A DNA stretch of 64,000 bases from Blastopirellula marina (GTDB lineage Bacteria; Planctomycetota; Planctomycetia; Pirellulales; Pirellulaceae): the NCBI RefSeq assembly GCF_002967765.1, contig NZ_PUHY01000005.1, positions 688,774 to 752,773 of the forward strand, read 5' to 3'. The position numbers and the translations under genes were made by a program. Positions 37,937 through 48,448 of this stretch are shown here, one piece after another; the stretch's first letter is position 1, and every line of letters starts with the position of its first letter. The notes under the pieces were generated by a model, which saw nothing but the letters and a program-made list of their open reading frames with translations, was not told the DNA's origin and ran no database searches.

Positions 37937-38067
37937 TGCTTGGGCAAGTAGGTCCTCGTTTCGAAGTCGTTCAAACACGTGACACAAACGAGCGTAGCTG
38001 TACAATCGCGGTTGGCAAGATGCAAACATGCCGTCTTTTCACGCGATACCACGGCGACTCAACCACA

Positions 38068-39288
38068 ATGAACCTTCCCAGTGAGATGCAAACTCGGCTG
38101 AATCGTAAACCTTTCCGGGTTCCTCAACGTTTGATCGAGCTGGGCGTCGTGTTGGTGATCATGGTTCTGATGATTGCGATACCGAATTGGTATTTCAGCT
38201 GGCGAGGCGGTCAGGCTGCGAAGGAACACGTGCCGATCGTGCAAGCGATTGTGAACTACCGAGCAGAAACGGGCTTATTGCCTTATACGCTGGACGATTT
38301 ACAACGGCGATTCCCCGTGGATATCCCAGAAGGGGTTGGTTGGTCGAATAGCGGTTCGACTGGTTCGCTGTATATCTTCTCCGGCATTCGCATCAGCTAC
38401 GAATTCGATGAAGGGAACTACGAAGGTTGGCATGGCGGCTTTGCGAACGTATCGCTTCCCAGAGTCACACCCACGGTAAGCGTAGTCACCGGACAGCAGC
38501 GTGTGGAAGCCGCGCTAGCCGAATACGATCGGCGTATCGCAGATTATCAGGAAGAGGAAAACAATCGCCGCATTCGAACGGCCAAGATGGCCATGTTGTT
38601 TTCTCTTGGCCGAAGCGATGATCTGCACGCCGAGTGCCTGGCGGCAAGGAAAGTCTATCCCGATTGGTGGCGGGCCCAATACGGCGCGGTGAAGTTCTCA
38701 GCCGATATTTACCGCGCCGAGCACGAAAGAGCGTTGACGGCTTGGGTCGAGCGTTCGCCGGGATTCGTTCACTCGTGGTATCTGGCGAACTACCTGCGAG
38801 AAGAAGGTCGACATGCAGAAGCTCTTGCCGCGATTAAGAAAGGATCTGAGCACCCACTCACTAGTCTCGATGACGATGCGACCTGGGTTCCGCATGCATT
38901 CGCGTTCGACGCTGCCACCTACGCGTGTCAGCAAAACGCGCCAAACGTCGCCTTGGCTGTCTGCGATTCCTGGAGCCGACCTGAGGGTGTGTACGACTAT
39001 CCCAGCAAAGACCTGCCTGCGTTTCGTGCTGCGGCACTGCTACAGCTCGGCCAGATCGAGGAAGCAAAATCTGCCATTGCCAAAGTCTTGGCGGCGGAAA
39101 AGAAGAGTCGCTTGTGGGCTGGCAATCTCGATCAGCTTCACGCCGCCATCAAACGGGGTGATCGAGAGTATATCTACGACCCAGGCCAAGTGTACGAAGG
39201 TTTCGGCCAGTGGAAGCTGTTCCCTCCGCCCGAGTTTCAACCCGCTGAGACCAACCCACCGGTCGCGGCCCCTTCGTCGTCTGATTGA
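38068..39288 (+). CDS. hypothetical membrane-anchored protein
   Basis: The six-frame ORF starts at 37936, overlapping the previous stop. The Met at 38068 or 38020 are plausible alternatives. Both precede a TM helix (LIELGVVLVIMVLMIAIPNWYF). No catalytic motif was found. Confidence 0.5.
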   Translation: MNLPSEMQTRLNRKPFRVPQRLIELGVVLVIMVLMIAIPNWYFSWRGGQAAKEHVPIVQAIVNYRAETGLLPYTLDDLQRRFPVDIPEGVGWSNSGSTGSLYIFSGIRISYEFDEGNYEGWHGGFANVSLPRVTPTVSVVTGQQRVEAALAEYDRRIADYQEEENNRRIRTAKMAMLFSLGRSDDLHAECLAARKVYPDWWRAQYGAVKFSADIYRAEHERALTAWVERSPGFVHSWYLANYLREEGRHAEALAAIKKGSEHPLTSLDDDATWVPHAFAFDAATYACQQNAPNVALAVCDSWSRPEGVYDYPSKDLPAFRAAALLQLGQIEEAKSAIAKVLAAEKKSRLWAGNLDQLHAAIKRGDREYIYDPGQVYEGFGQWKLFPPPEFQPAETNPPVAAPSSSD

Positions 39289-39388
39289 GCCGGCGAAAGT
39301 CTGAGCAAATTGGTGGCAATGGACGCTCGATCGGGGTATCCTCGTACCATCCTGTCATCTTGTCGCACGGCACCCAGCCCCAAGGAGT

Positions 39389-42346
39389 TTGCTTGTGTCA
39401 TTCCAGCTACGTCGATCGACGTTGATGGTCGCGTTGTTATTTCTTTTGGCTCCGGCGCAGCTCGCTTCGGCCGAGCATTTAGAAACCTTCGAGCTCCAAG
39501 CGACGCGCTCTCCCAGCTTTCAAGAGATGCTGATCGACGAAACGGGGACTCCGTGGGTTCTGGCGGGTGGACTGGTGCAATACTTCGACGGCAAGCAGTT
39601 CATCGCGCTCGATTCGGAAGTCGTTCGCTCCGGCAGCTACACCTCAGGTCTCTATGGCGGTCCGGATCGTGGCGTTTTTCTCACCCAAACGAGCAAGAAT
39701 CCTCAAGAGGGAATCGTTTATCGCCTGCGGGACGGTAACTGTGAAGAGATAACCACGTTCTTTTACGAGGTCGGGCACGAGAAGCCAGGCGTTTACGTTT
39801 CGAAGAATGGACGGATCTTCAACTGGGGAACGACCTTCCTGGCGGTGTTTGATGGCCAGCATTGGAAGCGGATCGAAGGCGAGTTCCATCGGAAAGCAGG
39901 CTACTATCGTCCTGAGATCTGCGATTTGGGAGACGAAGTTTATCTCTACTCGGCCATGGATAATCGTGTTTACCACTGCGATGCCGACAGTATCCTTTCA
40001 GCGAAGGATGGGCCAGAGGAAGTTGGTAAGGCAATCGCCGCCCACAACCAGCGATCGCAATATCCCGTTCCGCCCATGACGTGCAGTTGGAATGGCGATC
40101 GGGTGATCATCACACTTGACCGGTCACCGCGACCATTCGCGTTCAACGTTCGCACGAATGAAATCATCGAGTTGAGTCTTGTCCCGGAAGAGGGCCAGCC
40201 GCGGAGTTACGCCGACTTTATGGAATGTCGTGATGGCTCGGTCCTCATGTTGGCGCGAATCTCAGGGATTCATCAGTTCGCCTTGTGTCGACTTGACGTC
40301 GATGGCAAAGTACGCGAGTTGCCCGGCTCGCGGATTATTCCCTGGAGCAATGCACGACTACGGATGTTTCCGAAGTCGATCCTGGAAGCGAGTGACGGCT
40401 CTATCGTTGTCGGCTTACCTGAATTTGGAATCGCCCTTTATCATGACGGCAAGCTAACCACATACGATGCCAATTATGGGCTGTTCACCCCAGTGAATGT
40501 CGTCGTGGAAGGACCCACAGGCGAGGTATGGTTCCCACATGATCGACGCGGTCATCAAGTCGCGCGGATGAAGCTTGGCCAGCCGTTAGAACCCATTCAA
40601 GAAATTGCCGAGGATTGGAAGGAGTTCAAACTGGTAAGTCGGAGCCGTTTGTGGCAGCTTACCGACGATACGCTCGCGATGTTCGAAGTCGAACACAACA
40701 ACCAAATGACCCGCCGCACCGGGGATCAAGTCACCTATCAGCCAGTCCCCTTCAAACCGGAAGAGACCCAAGGCTCGATTGTCGATGACCGAGGCCATCT
40801 GATTCTCGAAAGCTTCCGGTCAGCTGCTTTCGACGTGGGGCCCGATGGGGTCGAAGAATATGAATCGATTCAAGATGCCTTGGTTGCCGCCGTCGCCGCA
40901 GGCGCGAAACAGTTCGATCCCTCGCCTGAATTCTCTGGGGTAGTTCTGACCGAAAACGGGGAACTGTGGTACGGCAAGCATAACGATCGTCGCGTATTCT
41001 GGCGGGAGGGTGACAAGTGGAAGGAGGCTCGCTTTCAAGATGACGTTTACCATCTGTTTGAAACCGACGAAGGTGTGCTAATTAGAACCCAAGGAGGAAG
41101 TCTTTACCGACCTGTTGACGGGCGAATGGTCAAGGATCCAGAGGCGCTCCGATCGGGGCCGCCGTTGATGCTAGGACCGAAAGAGTTCCAGCCCCTCGAC
41201 GAGCAACTGATCGAAGCTCACCCAGGCCGCTACTATCCGGTCCGCCAAGTCGAAGGCGAGATGCGCGTGTTTTATGACTTAGCGGCGTACCATCGGTCGT
41301 TCCAGTCGGCCGTTATTGCGAAGTTGGCGATGAACTCATTCCCTTTACCCAACTATTACGGTCGCGTAATTGAGTCGCGTCACGAGGGAGCGTGGCTGCT
41401 CATGTCGCACGGCGGAAGTCAGCCGTATCGTATCTTTCGTGATCGAATGGTCCAACTCGACCTGAATGGGACACCGTTAGCCGCCCAAAACGTGCGTGAG
41501 ATCCTGGAGGCCGCCAATGGCGACGTCTGGTTCACCACGTACTATGGCGACCATCCCCGAGCCCTTCGTTTGTCCGCTTCGCAACTTAAGATCGAAGCAC
41601 CACCAATCGATCAGCGGGTCGGCCGTGAAATGCAGCTTGCCATTGAAGTAAAACCGACACGGCTGAAAGATAAGATCGAGTTGTTCACCACGGTCAACGG
41701 AGTTCGACAAGAGGTAACTCCGACCGACGACGACAAGATCTTGTTTCGCTTTCCTCATGCGGGCACGTATCAATGTTCGGTCGGCGCGATCTGGCTAGGG
41801 GCAATCCAGCCGAAACTCCTTGAGTTTGAAGTGGAAGCCGCTTTCGAGATGCCTGAGACGAATTGGACCAGCACCGAGCAGCCTTACACGATTCAAACCA
41901 CCAAGTGGGGCCCGCCAGTTCAAGTGATCCCCACGCAAGCGAGCAGGCAAACAGCGCTTGAATGGCGCGTCGCTGGCGAGCCGTGGCAGAAGATTCAACC
42001 GACGCAGCCGATTGATTTCTCGTACTTATCGCCCGGCGATTACGACATGGAACTGCGGGGCGTGGAAGATCGCTTCTGGTACGATCCAACACCCGTGCAC
42101 GTGAAGGTGAAGTATTCCCCGGACTACTTTGCAATCGTCCATGAACTGGCCATGCGACTTGGTTCGCCCCATGCGGAGGAACGTCGCCAGGCGGCCCAAC
42201 AATTGGAAGCCCTCGGCCCAGCAGCCTTGCCCGAACTTCGCCGCGAGATCAAAGCCAGCGAAGGAGATCAACAAATCGTACCGACCTTGCGGAACGTCTT
42301 GGAACGCATCGAACGAAATTCCAAACCGCAGAACGACGCTAACTAG
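39389..42346 (+). CDS. large secreted beta-propeller-like protein with C-terminal HEAT-like repeat
   Basis: There is a signal peptide (MVALLFLLAPAQLASA). It has repeated G.vWf / GelWyG units (GEVWFPHD, NGELWYGKH, NGDVWFTTYYG) reminiscent of two-component-regulator propeller repeats. The C-terminus (EERRQAAQQLEALGPAALPELRREI) looks HEAT-like. Confidence 0.5.
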   Translation: MLVSFQLRRSTLMVALLFLLAPAQLASAEHLETFELQATRSPSFQEMLIDETGTPWVLAGGLVQYFDGKQFIALDSEVVRSGSYTSGLYGGPDRGVFLTQTSKNPQEGIVYRLRDGNCEEITTFFYEVGHEKPGVYVSKNGRIFNWGTTFLAVFDGQHWKRIEGEFHRKAGYYRPEICDLGDEVYLYSAMDNRVYHCDADSILSAKDGPEEVGKAIAAHNQRSQYPVPPMTCSWNGDRVIITLDRSPRPFAFNVRTNEIIELSLVPEEGQPRSYADFMECRDGSVLMLARISGIHQFALCRLDVDGKVRELPGSRIIPWSNARLRMFPKSILEASDGSIVVGLPEFGIALYHDGKLTTYDANYGLFTPVNVVVEGPTGEVWFPHDRRGHQVARMKLGQPLEPIQEIAEDWKEFKLVSRSRLWQLTDDTLAMFEVEHNNQMTRRTGDQVTYQPVPFKPEETQGSIVDDRGHLILESFRSAAFDVGPDGVEEYESIQDALVAAVAAGAKQFDPSPEFSGVVLTENGELWYGKHNDRRVFWREGDKWKEARFQDDVYHLFETDEGVLIRTQGGSLYRPVDGRMVKDPEALRSGPPLMLGPKEFQPLDEQLIEAHPGRYYPVRQVEGEMRVFYDLAAYHRSFQSAVIAKLAMNSFPLPNYYGRVIESRHEGAWLLMSHGGSQPYRIFRDRMVQLDLNGTPLAAQNVREILEAANGDVWFTTYYGDHPRALRLSASQLKIEAPPIDQRVGREMQLAIEVKPTRLKDKIELFTTVNGVRQEVTPTDDDKILFRFPHAGTYQCSVGAIWLGAIQPKLLEFEVEAAFEMPETNWTSTEQPYTIQTTKWGPPVQVIPTQASRQTALEWRVAGEPWQKIQPTQPIDFSYLSPGDYDMELRGVEDRFWYDPTPVHVKVKYSPDYFAIVHELAMRLGSPHAEERRQAAQQLEALGPAALPELRREIKASEGDQQIVPTLRNVLERIERNSKPQNDAN

Positions 42347-42394
42347 CGACCAAGTTTCTGTCCACCATACGTTATCCCCAGACCAGGAAGTGTC

Positions 42395-42916
42395 ATGTCC
42401 ATAATTCGTATCCTCTTGCTAACGACAACATTCCTCCTTCTAAGCAGCATGCAAGGGTTCGCTGCCGAACTGACCATTGAGAAAGATCCCGAGAACGTTG
42501 TCGCCAGCCGTTTGGAAGGGAACTGGATAGCGGAAGCGAACCTCACAAAGCGTCTCACCGGACGCGAAAGAGGATTTGCGTCGAAGCTATCCTTCCAATC
42601 AGATCCTTCCGTCTTGGCTAACGTACCTGAGAAACATGCCGAAGCCTTCACCGAGCGTAGCCTGAAAATCTACATGGCGGGGACGATGAAATTCGCGGAC
42701 AAAGAATGTCCGTTTGCTGTCACTAGCATCCATGGCAACCCGCATCTTTTGATGTGGTTTCCGCGTAATGGCGACCCCTTCGGCAATCTCGAATCCATGA
42801 ACCTCATGTTAACGGTCGCCGAGAAGAAGCAAAACGATCTCCTGTTCACCGGCGGTGATTTCAATAACCAACCATTCAGTGCGTACCAACGTGCAGAAAG
42901 TACGAATGCCGAGTAG
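42395..42916 (+). CDS. secreted hypothetical protein
   Basis: It is 173 aa with a signal peptide (ILLLTTTFLLLSSMQGFAAE). Confidence 0.55.
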   Translation: MSIIRILLLTTTFLLLSSMQGFAAELTIEKDPENVVASRLEGNWIAEANLTKRLTGRERGFASKLSFQSDPSVLANVPEKHAEAFTERSLKIYMAGTMKFADKECPFAVTSIHGNPHLLMWFPRNGDPFGNLESMNLMLTVAEKKQNDLLFTGGDFNNQPFSAYQRAESTNAE

Positions 42917-43008
42917 GCATGCGTTTTCGTGAATGAACTAGAACGAACGCACTTCTGATTGGCCCCACCCCATGCAAGTTCAATCGATCTATCGATGGAA
43001 CCTGGTCG

Positions 43009-44946
43009 CTACGGTGACTCAGCCTGAAGACGAAGCATCACCACGCTCCATTTCGGAAGATTAATATAAACGCGCCCATCTGACTGGGTATATGGTTCGT
43101 GGAAGGCATTCCCGGCACCATCCCAACCGCCGAACGTTTTGTCCTGCGTGCACAACACCTGCGACCACCGACCGTACTGCTGGTCGGTGGCGACGCCATA
43201 GGAGTGATCCTTAAAGTTCGTATCACTCATGTTGACAATGGTCAGAATCAGATTGCCATCTTGCCAACGCTTGAACGCTATGACCTGATTCGTATCGTCT
43301 TCATGCGTGATGATTAGCGTGTCGCTTCGTAGGGCTGGATTGGCCCACCGCACGTGATTCACAGCCGCGACCAAGCGGCGCATTTCGATACCGATCGGGT
43401 CGCCAGCGATATCCCAATCGAAGCGATGATCGCCGTGGTTGTCATGCCCGTCGTGCCAATATCCCCATGCCACCGTGGGCGAGCCCATATGGCACTCGCC
43501 TCCCATGAACATCATCGGGGTACCAGGCATCGCGACATTCAAGGCCCAGGCCAAGCGGCACTTGGCGCGGGCATGCCAATTGTCACGCCCGCCGAATTGA
43601 TCGATGAAGTAGCGATGTCGGGCATCCCAGTTCGTAAGGCCATCTTTGGCATTGCCGTTCTTGTCGTCACCAACATCGTCGTGCGAACCCATCGTGTACT
43701 TCACTAGATTCCACGGATGCGCGAAGCCGTCCCAGCCGAGAAACATCTTTACCTTTTCGATCGGACTCTGACCGTTCAATGCCCGCTGCATTTCATGATG
43801 GGACTTGGCTAACCAGCTGGCATCAAAGTTACCGAACGTGGTAATCCAGGGGCTGGCCGGTAAATGTTCCGCAATGAAGTACTTGTCGGGATAGGCCTTC
43901 TTCAACTTCCCCAAGACCTTAGCAAGGTGGTTGCCGTCGATCTGCGTGGTGACGTCGAATCGTAGGCCGTCGGCGTTGTAGTGATCGAAATACATGCATG
44001 CATTCTGGAAGAAGTAGTCCTGAACCTCTTGCTTCCACCACGCTGGTCCGCGCCCCCAATCGGTCCATTTGCCTCCTTCGAAGTAGATGCCCCCATCCTT
44101 CCCTTGCGAGTGATCGGACCAGCCGTCAAACTGCCAAAGAACATTGTCGCTTGGACCGGCGTGGTTGTAGACGACGTCAAAAATCACCGCCAAGCCATGG
44201 CGATGTGCCTCTTCAACGAAATGTTGCAGGTCGACCGGCCGTCCGTAAGCCGACTCAGGTGCGAAGAATGCTGCCGGGTTGTATCCCCATGACCTGGTAT
44301 GAGCAAACTCCTGAACCGGCAGTGGCTCGATAGCATTGAAACCTAGATCACGGATGTACGACAATTTCGTTTCAATATCTTGAAAGGTGGCGATCTCTTT
44401 ATCGAGGTGATCGTTTCGCCCAGCAAAGCTGCCGCAATGAAACTGATAGATCAAGAAGTTCGTGAAGCGGGGAGTATCGAATTTAGACCAGGGGTATGGC
44501 TCGTTCGTGACCACGATCGAAGCGTTGTGGCTACCGCGGTTACTGCGTGTTAGCTCAGAATGAATCGTATCCCGAGCCGCCGGATCGATTCGTTCAAAGG
44601 TGCCGTTATTCTTAATCTCGTAACGGTACAACTGGCCGGGGCCGACCCCGTCCGCAAACCCATTCCAGTAGCCTGCTTGATCTTTCTTTAAAGCAACCCG
44701 TGTCGGTGTTTCGGTAGAATCCCATGTCGAGCCGGTCTGCAACAGCACGCTGACCTCCTCGGCATGCGGTGCCCACACACGAAAGCGACAACCACTATCC
44801 TCAAGCGTTGCACCCAATGGAGATGTCATGAAACACGTACCTAGATCCGATGTTATAGAACAGTTAGCAGACGCGTATAAGTTATAGCTACCACAAACCA
44901 TAGCCATAGGAAAGCGCTGGGCTGTTACCTTGCGCCATGTTGCCAC
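43009..44946 (-). CDS. GH13 alpha-amylase-family enzyme with N-terminal CBM48; short 1,4-alpha-glucan branching enzyme (GlgB)-like
   Basis: The CBM48 region is RFRVWAPHAEEVSVLL. The GH13 regions are GFNAIEPLPVQEF...SWGYNPAAFFAP, HRHGLAVIFDVVYNHAG, GLRFDV, FIAEH and MGSHDDVG. An alternative start is the Met at 44829 (MTSPLG). TreZ or GlgX-like specificity cannot be excluded. Confidence 0.6.
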   Translation of the reverse strand: MATWRKVTAQRFPMAMVCGSYNLYASANCSITSDLGTCFMTSPLGATLEDSGCRFRVWAPHAEEVSVLLQTGSTWDSTETPTRVALKKDQAGYWNGFADGVGPGQLYRYEIKNNGTFERIDPAARDTIHSELTRSNRGSHNASIVVTNEPYPWSKFDTPRFTNFLIYQFHCGSFAGRNDHLDKEIATFQDIETKLSYIRDLGFNAIEPLPVQEFAHTRSWGYNPAAFFAPESAYGRPVDLQHFVEEAHRHGLAVIFDVVYNHAGPSDNVLWQFDGWSDHSQGKDGGIYFEGGKWTDWGRGPAWWKQEVQDYFFQNACMYFDHYNADGLRFDVTTQIDGNHLAKVLGKLKKAYPDKYFIAEHLPASPWITTFGNFDASWLAKSHHEMQRALNGQSPIEKVKMFLGWDGFAHPWNLVKYTMGSHDDVGDDKNGNAKDGLTNWDARHRYFIDQFGGRDNWHARAKCRLAWALNVAMPGTPMMFMGGECHMGSPTVAWGYWHDGHDNHGDHRFDWDIAGDPIGIEMRRLVAAVNHVRWANPALRSDTLIITHEDDTNQVIAFKRWQDGNLILTIVNMSDTNFKDHSYGVATDQQYGRWSQVLCTQDKTFGGWDGAGNAFHEPYTQSDGRVYINLPKWSVVMLRLQAESP

Positions 44947-45060
44947 ATGGCATATTCTATGCGAGAGAATGCCAGCCCCAGACCTCGTCCTGGGGTGCGA
45001 CCTTTACCCTTCGCTCAGGCGTTAAACTCTCGCTCGCATGAAAGTATCGAGGCCGTGACG

Positions 45061-45843
45061 CTACGGCGCGTCATCCTCACCAGACGGCTTCTTAACGAAC
45101 TGATGCTCGGCAACCTTCTGCTTAGGCACACCGATCGATCGCAGAAACTTTCTCTCGCGGGCGTAGTCGTCTTCGCCTTCCCAATAGCGATAGAAATAGT
45201 AGGTAGCAGACTCTCGTCGAAAGATTACCTCACGCCGATCCGCGCTGACCTTTAAGGTGTACAATTCACCAATGCCTTCATCGGGGTAACCTTGGTCGAC
45301 GTCCTCGAAGATGTAGAACTTCGTCGGCTCCTTTAAAGGGAGATATTCAGGGTAGATGAATGAGTCATCCGGCCGGGGAAACTGCGTTCGGTCGATCGCA
45401 ACAAAATTCTTGGCCGCAATGATTTTGTCCAGGTCGTCTGGAGAGATCTTGAAGCGGAATGAGAGATTGGGCGCATGCTTCTCTTCAAGCGATATGAACT
45501 CGAGATCTTCCACCGACTCCGGGATGGGCGAGGCAAGGTTGTCGCGAAAACGGTCATAGACAGCCACGTAATGCAAATGCCATGCATTTTGCCCTTCAAC
45601 AAGCGAGAACAGCGCTGCCGGAAACATCGCGATGGCAATGACAACGAAAGCTCGCCACCAGGTCTTCTCTATCAGAACGAAGCCAGCAATCAAGGCAAAT
45701 AGGTGAAATAGAAGCATCCCACCGAATATCATCAGCATCGCCTCGCCTGTCCCCATTCCGTAAAATGGATTCCACGCCCGAATAACGAAAATCGATGCGA
45801 AGAAGGTAACAATCAAGATCGGGAAGTGCCACAGATACTTCAT
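45061..45843 (-). CDS. hypothetical integral membrane protein
   Basis: It has four or more hydrophobic helices at the N-terminus. It is coupled to the upstream gene by a 4-bp overlap. Confidence 0.55.
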   Translation of the reverse strand: MKYLWHFPILIVTFFASIFVIRAWNPFYGMGTGEAMLMIFGGMLLFHLFALIAGFVLIEKTWWRAFVVIAIAMFPAALFSLVEGQNAWHLHYVAVYDRFRDNLASPIPESVEDLEFISLEEKHAPNLSFRFKISPDDLDKIIAAKNFVAIDRTQFPRPDDSFIYPEYLPLKEPTKFYIFEDVDQGYPDEGIGELYTLKVSADRREVIFRRESATYYFYRYWEGEDDYARERKFLRSIGVPKQKVAEHQFVKKPSGEDDAP

Positions 45844-47132
45844 GGTCGCGACGAACTCTCCTGGGATTCCTGCTTAGGTTTCAAACCGTGTCGCCATCTT
45901 CGCCACACCAGCAGCAGCGCTGGCAGAAGCACTAACAACGAGACCGCATGGATTGGTAAACGCCACCAAGCGCACATTTCGTAAGGTTGATCAGGGTGAT
46001 GCTGGGTCTGGGCAAACCACGGCCGGGCCACGTGGGCGTAAGTGACCATGATATCACCAATCGGAAGTAGGCCTGCGGCGTATTGCTTCTTTCCGTCGGA
46101 TGTCCAGGGCAAGCCAACCACTTCTCCCGTTTGAGCGATGGCGTCGGCCAACGCGTGGTCGCCGTAAACTTGCGCGACCCCCATCAGGAAGACGGTCGCG
46201 GAAAGGCTTCGTCCGAATACGAGCGGCCCGCTGTCGACGTCACCAGTTCCTGACATTCCACGAGGAAACTCCAGCACGCACGGTGCGCCCAAGAAGGTCG
46301 TCACATAATCTCGGCGGAATGACTCGTACTCAAGCTGCGCAATCCGGGGGGCAATGTCGGGAAGGAGCCGCAACACGATCACCTGCGAGGTAGCGCGAGC
46401 AACACTCCCTGCCCTTCCCTCCGGCAGACTGGCGGTATGCGGAAACAAGAGACCGGTCTGGCGATCGCGTCGCTCTTCCACTTCGACCAACCATTGTTTC
46501 ACAAAGGTACGATAACGCGATTCCTTCAACAGATGATCGTACGTGCACAGCGCGTGAATGGCCGGAACCGTATCGCACGGCCAGGCGGCCCCGTGGTACG
46601 AAGGAAGGAATGGCGTCTCTGATGTTTGCAGAGCAGTCACGATTTCGTCGCACTCGTCCCGCCACAAAGCCAACTGCTTTTCGTCGCTTGCTTGTTGTAA
46701 CGTCACGATGCCGCCCCGCAGGTGGCACTTCCAGGCCGCGTAGAACATTCCGTGGTCGGGCGGCAGGTCTGGTGGAAACGGTGCGTGGCCCTCTGGTGAT
46801 TCCATGTGCTGCAAACACCATGACGCTTCTTCGATCGCCTCTTCGGTATGACTTGCGTCGCGCATTGCCAACTCTACCCAGGCGAGCCCGTGAAAGAGGT
46901 AGCTGAAATAATAGCCCTCTGGAAAAAGAGCTTGCATTCGCGTGGCAGCCCCAGATTCGAGCGCCGCTCGATTGGCCGCAAGTTGGGAGGTTAGCTGAGG
47001 CGGAGCCTTGCTCAGGCTGGCGGCCAGTGGCGAAGGAGCATACAACCGCGCGTTGCCGTAAATCACCCCGATCACAATCAGCAGCCAGACACCCAGCAGA
47101 ATTCGGACGATCGAGATTCGAAGGTATTGCAT
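45840..47132 (-). CDS. hypothetical membrane protein
   Basis: It is 430 aa with N- and C-terminal TM helices. No motif was recognised. Confidence 0.5.
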   Translation of the reverse strand: MQYLRISIVRILLGVWLLIVIGVIYGNARLYAPSPLAASLSKAPPQLTSQLAANRAALESGAATRMQALFPEGYYFSYLFHGLAWVELAMRDASHTEEAIEEASWCLQHMESPEGHAPFPPDLPPDHGMFYAAWKCHLRGGIVTLQQASDEKQLALWRDECDEIVTALQTSETPFLPSYHGAAWPCDTVPAIHALCTYDHLLKESRYRTFVKQWLVEVEERRDRQTGLLFPHTASLPEGRAGSVARATSQVIVLRLLPDIAPRIAQLEYESFRRDYVTTFLGAPCVLEFPRGMSGTGDVDSGPLVFGRSLSATVFLMGVAQVYGDHALADAIAQTGEVVGLPWTSDGKKQYAAGLLPIGDIMVTYAHVARPWFAQTQHHPDQPYEMCAWWRLPIHAVSLLVLLPALLLVWRRWRHGLKPKQESQESSSRP

Positions 47133-47609
47133 AGGTGTCGGGAAAGGATGGAGGCGGTGCCAGGCAAACTTGTTGTGATGGACGGATTGTCACCTGTTTG
47201 GCGGGAGGCGTCCAGCATAAACAATCGCCGTTTCTGTTCGAGTGCTGGCTAGCAGTCAATCAACATGGTGCTCGATCGATCATTCCTGAAAAGGGCAAAC
47301 TGCGAAGCGAATGCCTAGCGAAAACAATCGATTCTCGCTGGTTATGCCGCTTTCCGTCGTGATTAATCCGCACTGAAATCAGTCCAACACGTTTCTTCTC
47401 ATGAACTGGCGCACCTTTTGCAAACTCGATATCGCAACTAGGTGCTTCGGCTCCCAGACAACATCGACTTGCAGCGGTAATGCGTCGACTTCGGTCTGAT
47501 TGGCCTGACCTATTTCTCATACAAGATGTTTTCGCGTGCGTGATTCGCCCCCGAACCCCGGGCGAATCGCGCGGCGACGTCACCCCGAACAACGTGAAAG
47601 GACACACTC

Positions 47610-48320
47610 ATGTATCACCATGTAAAGAAATTGATGTATACCGTTCAGGTCGATGATCCTGATCCGCGATTCGGCAGCATGTTGCTCGAACAATTCGGTG
47701 GAGCGAACGGCGAACTGGCCGCTGCTCTTCAATACTCCGTGCAAGGGCTCAACTGCGAAGAAGCCGCCGTCAAAGATATGTTGATGGACATCGGTACCGA
47801 GGAACTGAGCCATCTAGAAGTAATCGGTGCCCTAGCCCGTGCCCATCTGAAGCCACTGAAGGAAAAGGGTGAAGCGGCGGAACAAGATCCGCTCATTGCC
47901 GTGGTAGGTGGTGGCGGGATCTCGCTCAACAACTCGCAAGGCAATCCGTGGACGGCCGACTACTTGAAAGTCTCTGGCCAGTTGGAGGTCGACTTGCGAT
48001 CGAACATGGCCGCCGAAGCCAGGGCGAAGATCACCTACGAACGTTTGATCAACTTTACGGATGATCCTGGCTCGAAAGACGCGCTCAAGTTTCTGATGAC
48101 GCGAGAGATTACTCATCTCAAGGCATTTGGTGCGGCGCTCGAAAGCTTGGAGAAAGGTCCGCTCGAAATTGGGAACATGCCCATTGATGAGAAGTGGGTG
48201 AACAAGTATTTCAACGATTCAACCGGATCAGGCGAACTAGGCGATGACTACGAGGGACCGTGGAACACTGGGGGCGACTGGGAGGTCGTAGATAACCCTG
48301 CCTTCAACGGCAGCAAATAG
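47610..48320 (+). CDS. manganese catalase (ferritin-like, CotJC/YdbD family)
   Basis: The N-terminus (MYHHVKKLMYTVQVDDPDPRFGSMLLEQFGGANGELAAALQYSVQ) is a characteristic Mn-catalase N-terminus. The RBS is AAAGGA. Confidence 0.8.
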   Translation: MYHHVKKLMYTVQVDDPDPRFGSMLLEQFGGANGELAAALQYSVQGLNCEEAAVKDMLMDIGTEELSHLEVIGALARAHLKPLKEKGEAAEQDPLIAVVGGGGISLNNSQGNPWTADYLKVSGQLEVDLRSNMAAEARAKITYERLINFTDDPGSKDALKFLMTREITHLKAFGAALESLEKGPLEIGNMPIDEKWVNKYFNDSTGSGELGDDYEGPWNTGGDWEVVDNPAFNGSK

Positions 48321-48336
48321 TTCGCTGCTTCCGAAG

Positions 48337-48378
48337 ACGGTCCCAGGCCTCCACAGCCTCGGGACCGTTTTTTTTATT
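48337..48378 (+). terminator. rho-independent terminator
   Basis: The stem is ACGGTCCC...GGGACCGT followed by TTTTTTTT, immediately after the Mn-catalase stop. Confidence 0.7.
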
Positions 48379-48448
48379 CTTGCCCGATTCGCGTGAATTC
48401 TAGGGCCACAGGAATCTCTTCTTAGGATGAAACAGTCAGGACCGAGCG

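Noticed and set aside
46330-47259. 309-aa minus-strand ORF in a different frame over 45840..47132
   Set aside because: It overlaps the longer 430-aa membrane-protein ORF. The translation is Arg/Cys/Ser-rich low-complexity, so it is likely a shadow ORF.
47260-47607. 115-aa minus-strand ORF upstream of the Mn-catalase gene
   Set aside because: The translation is Arg/Ser-rich, and it overlaps the probable promoter and 5' region of the catalase gene. It is not supported.
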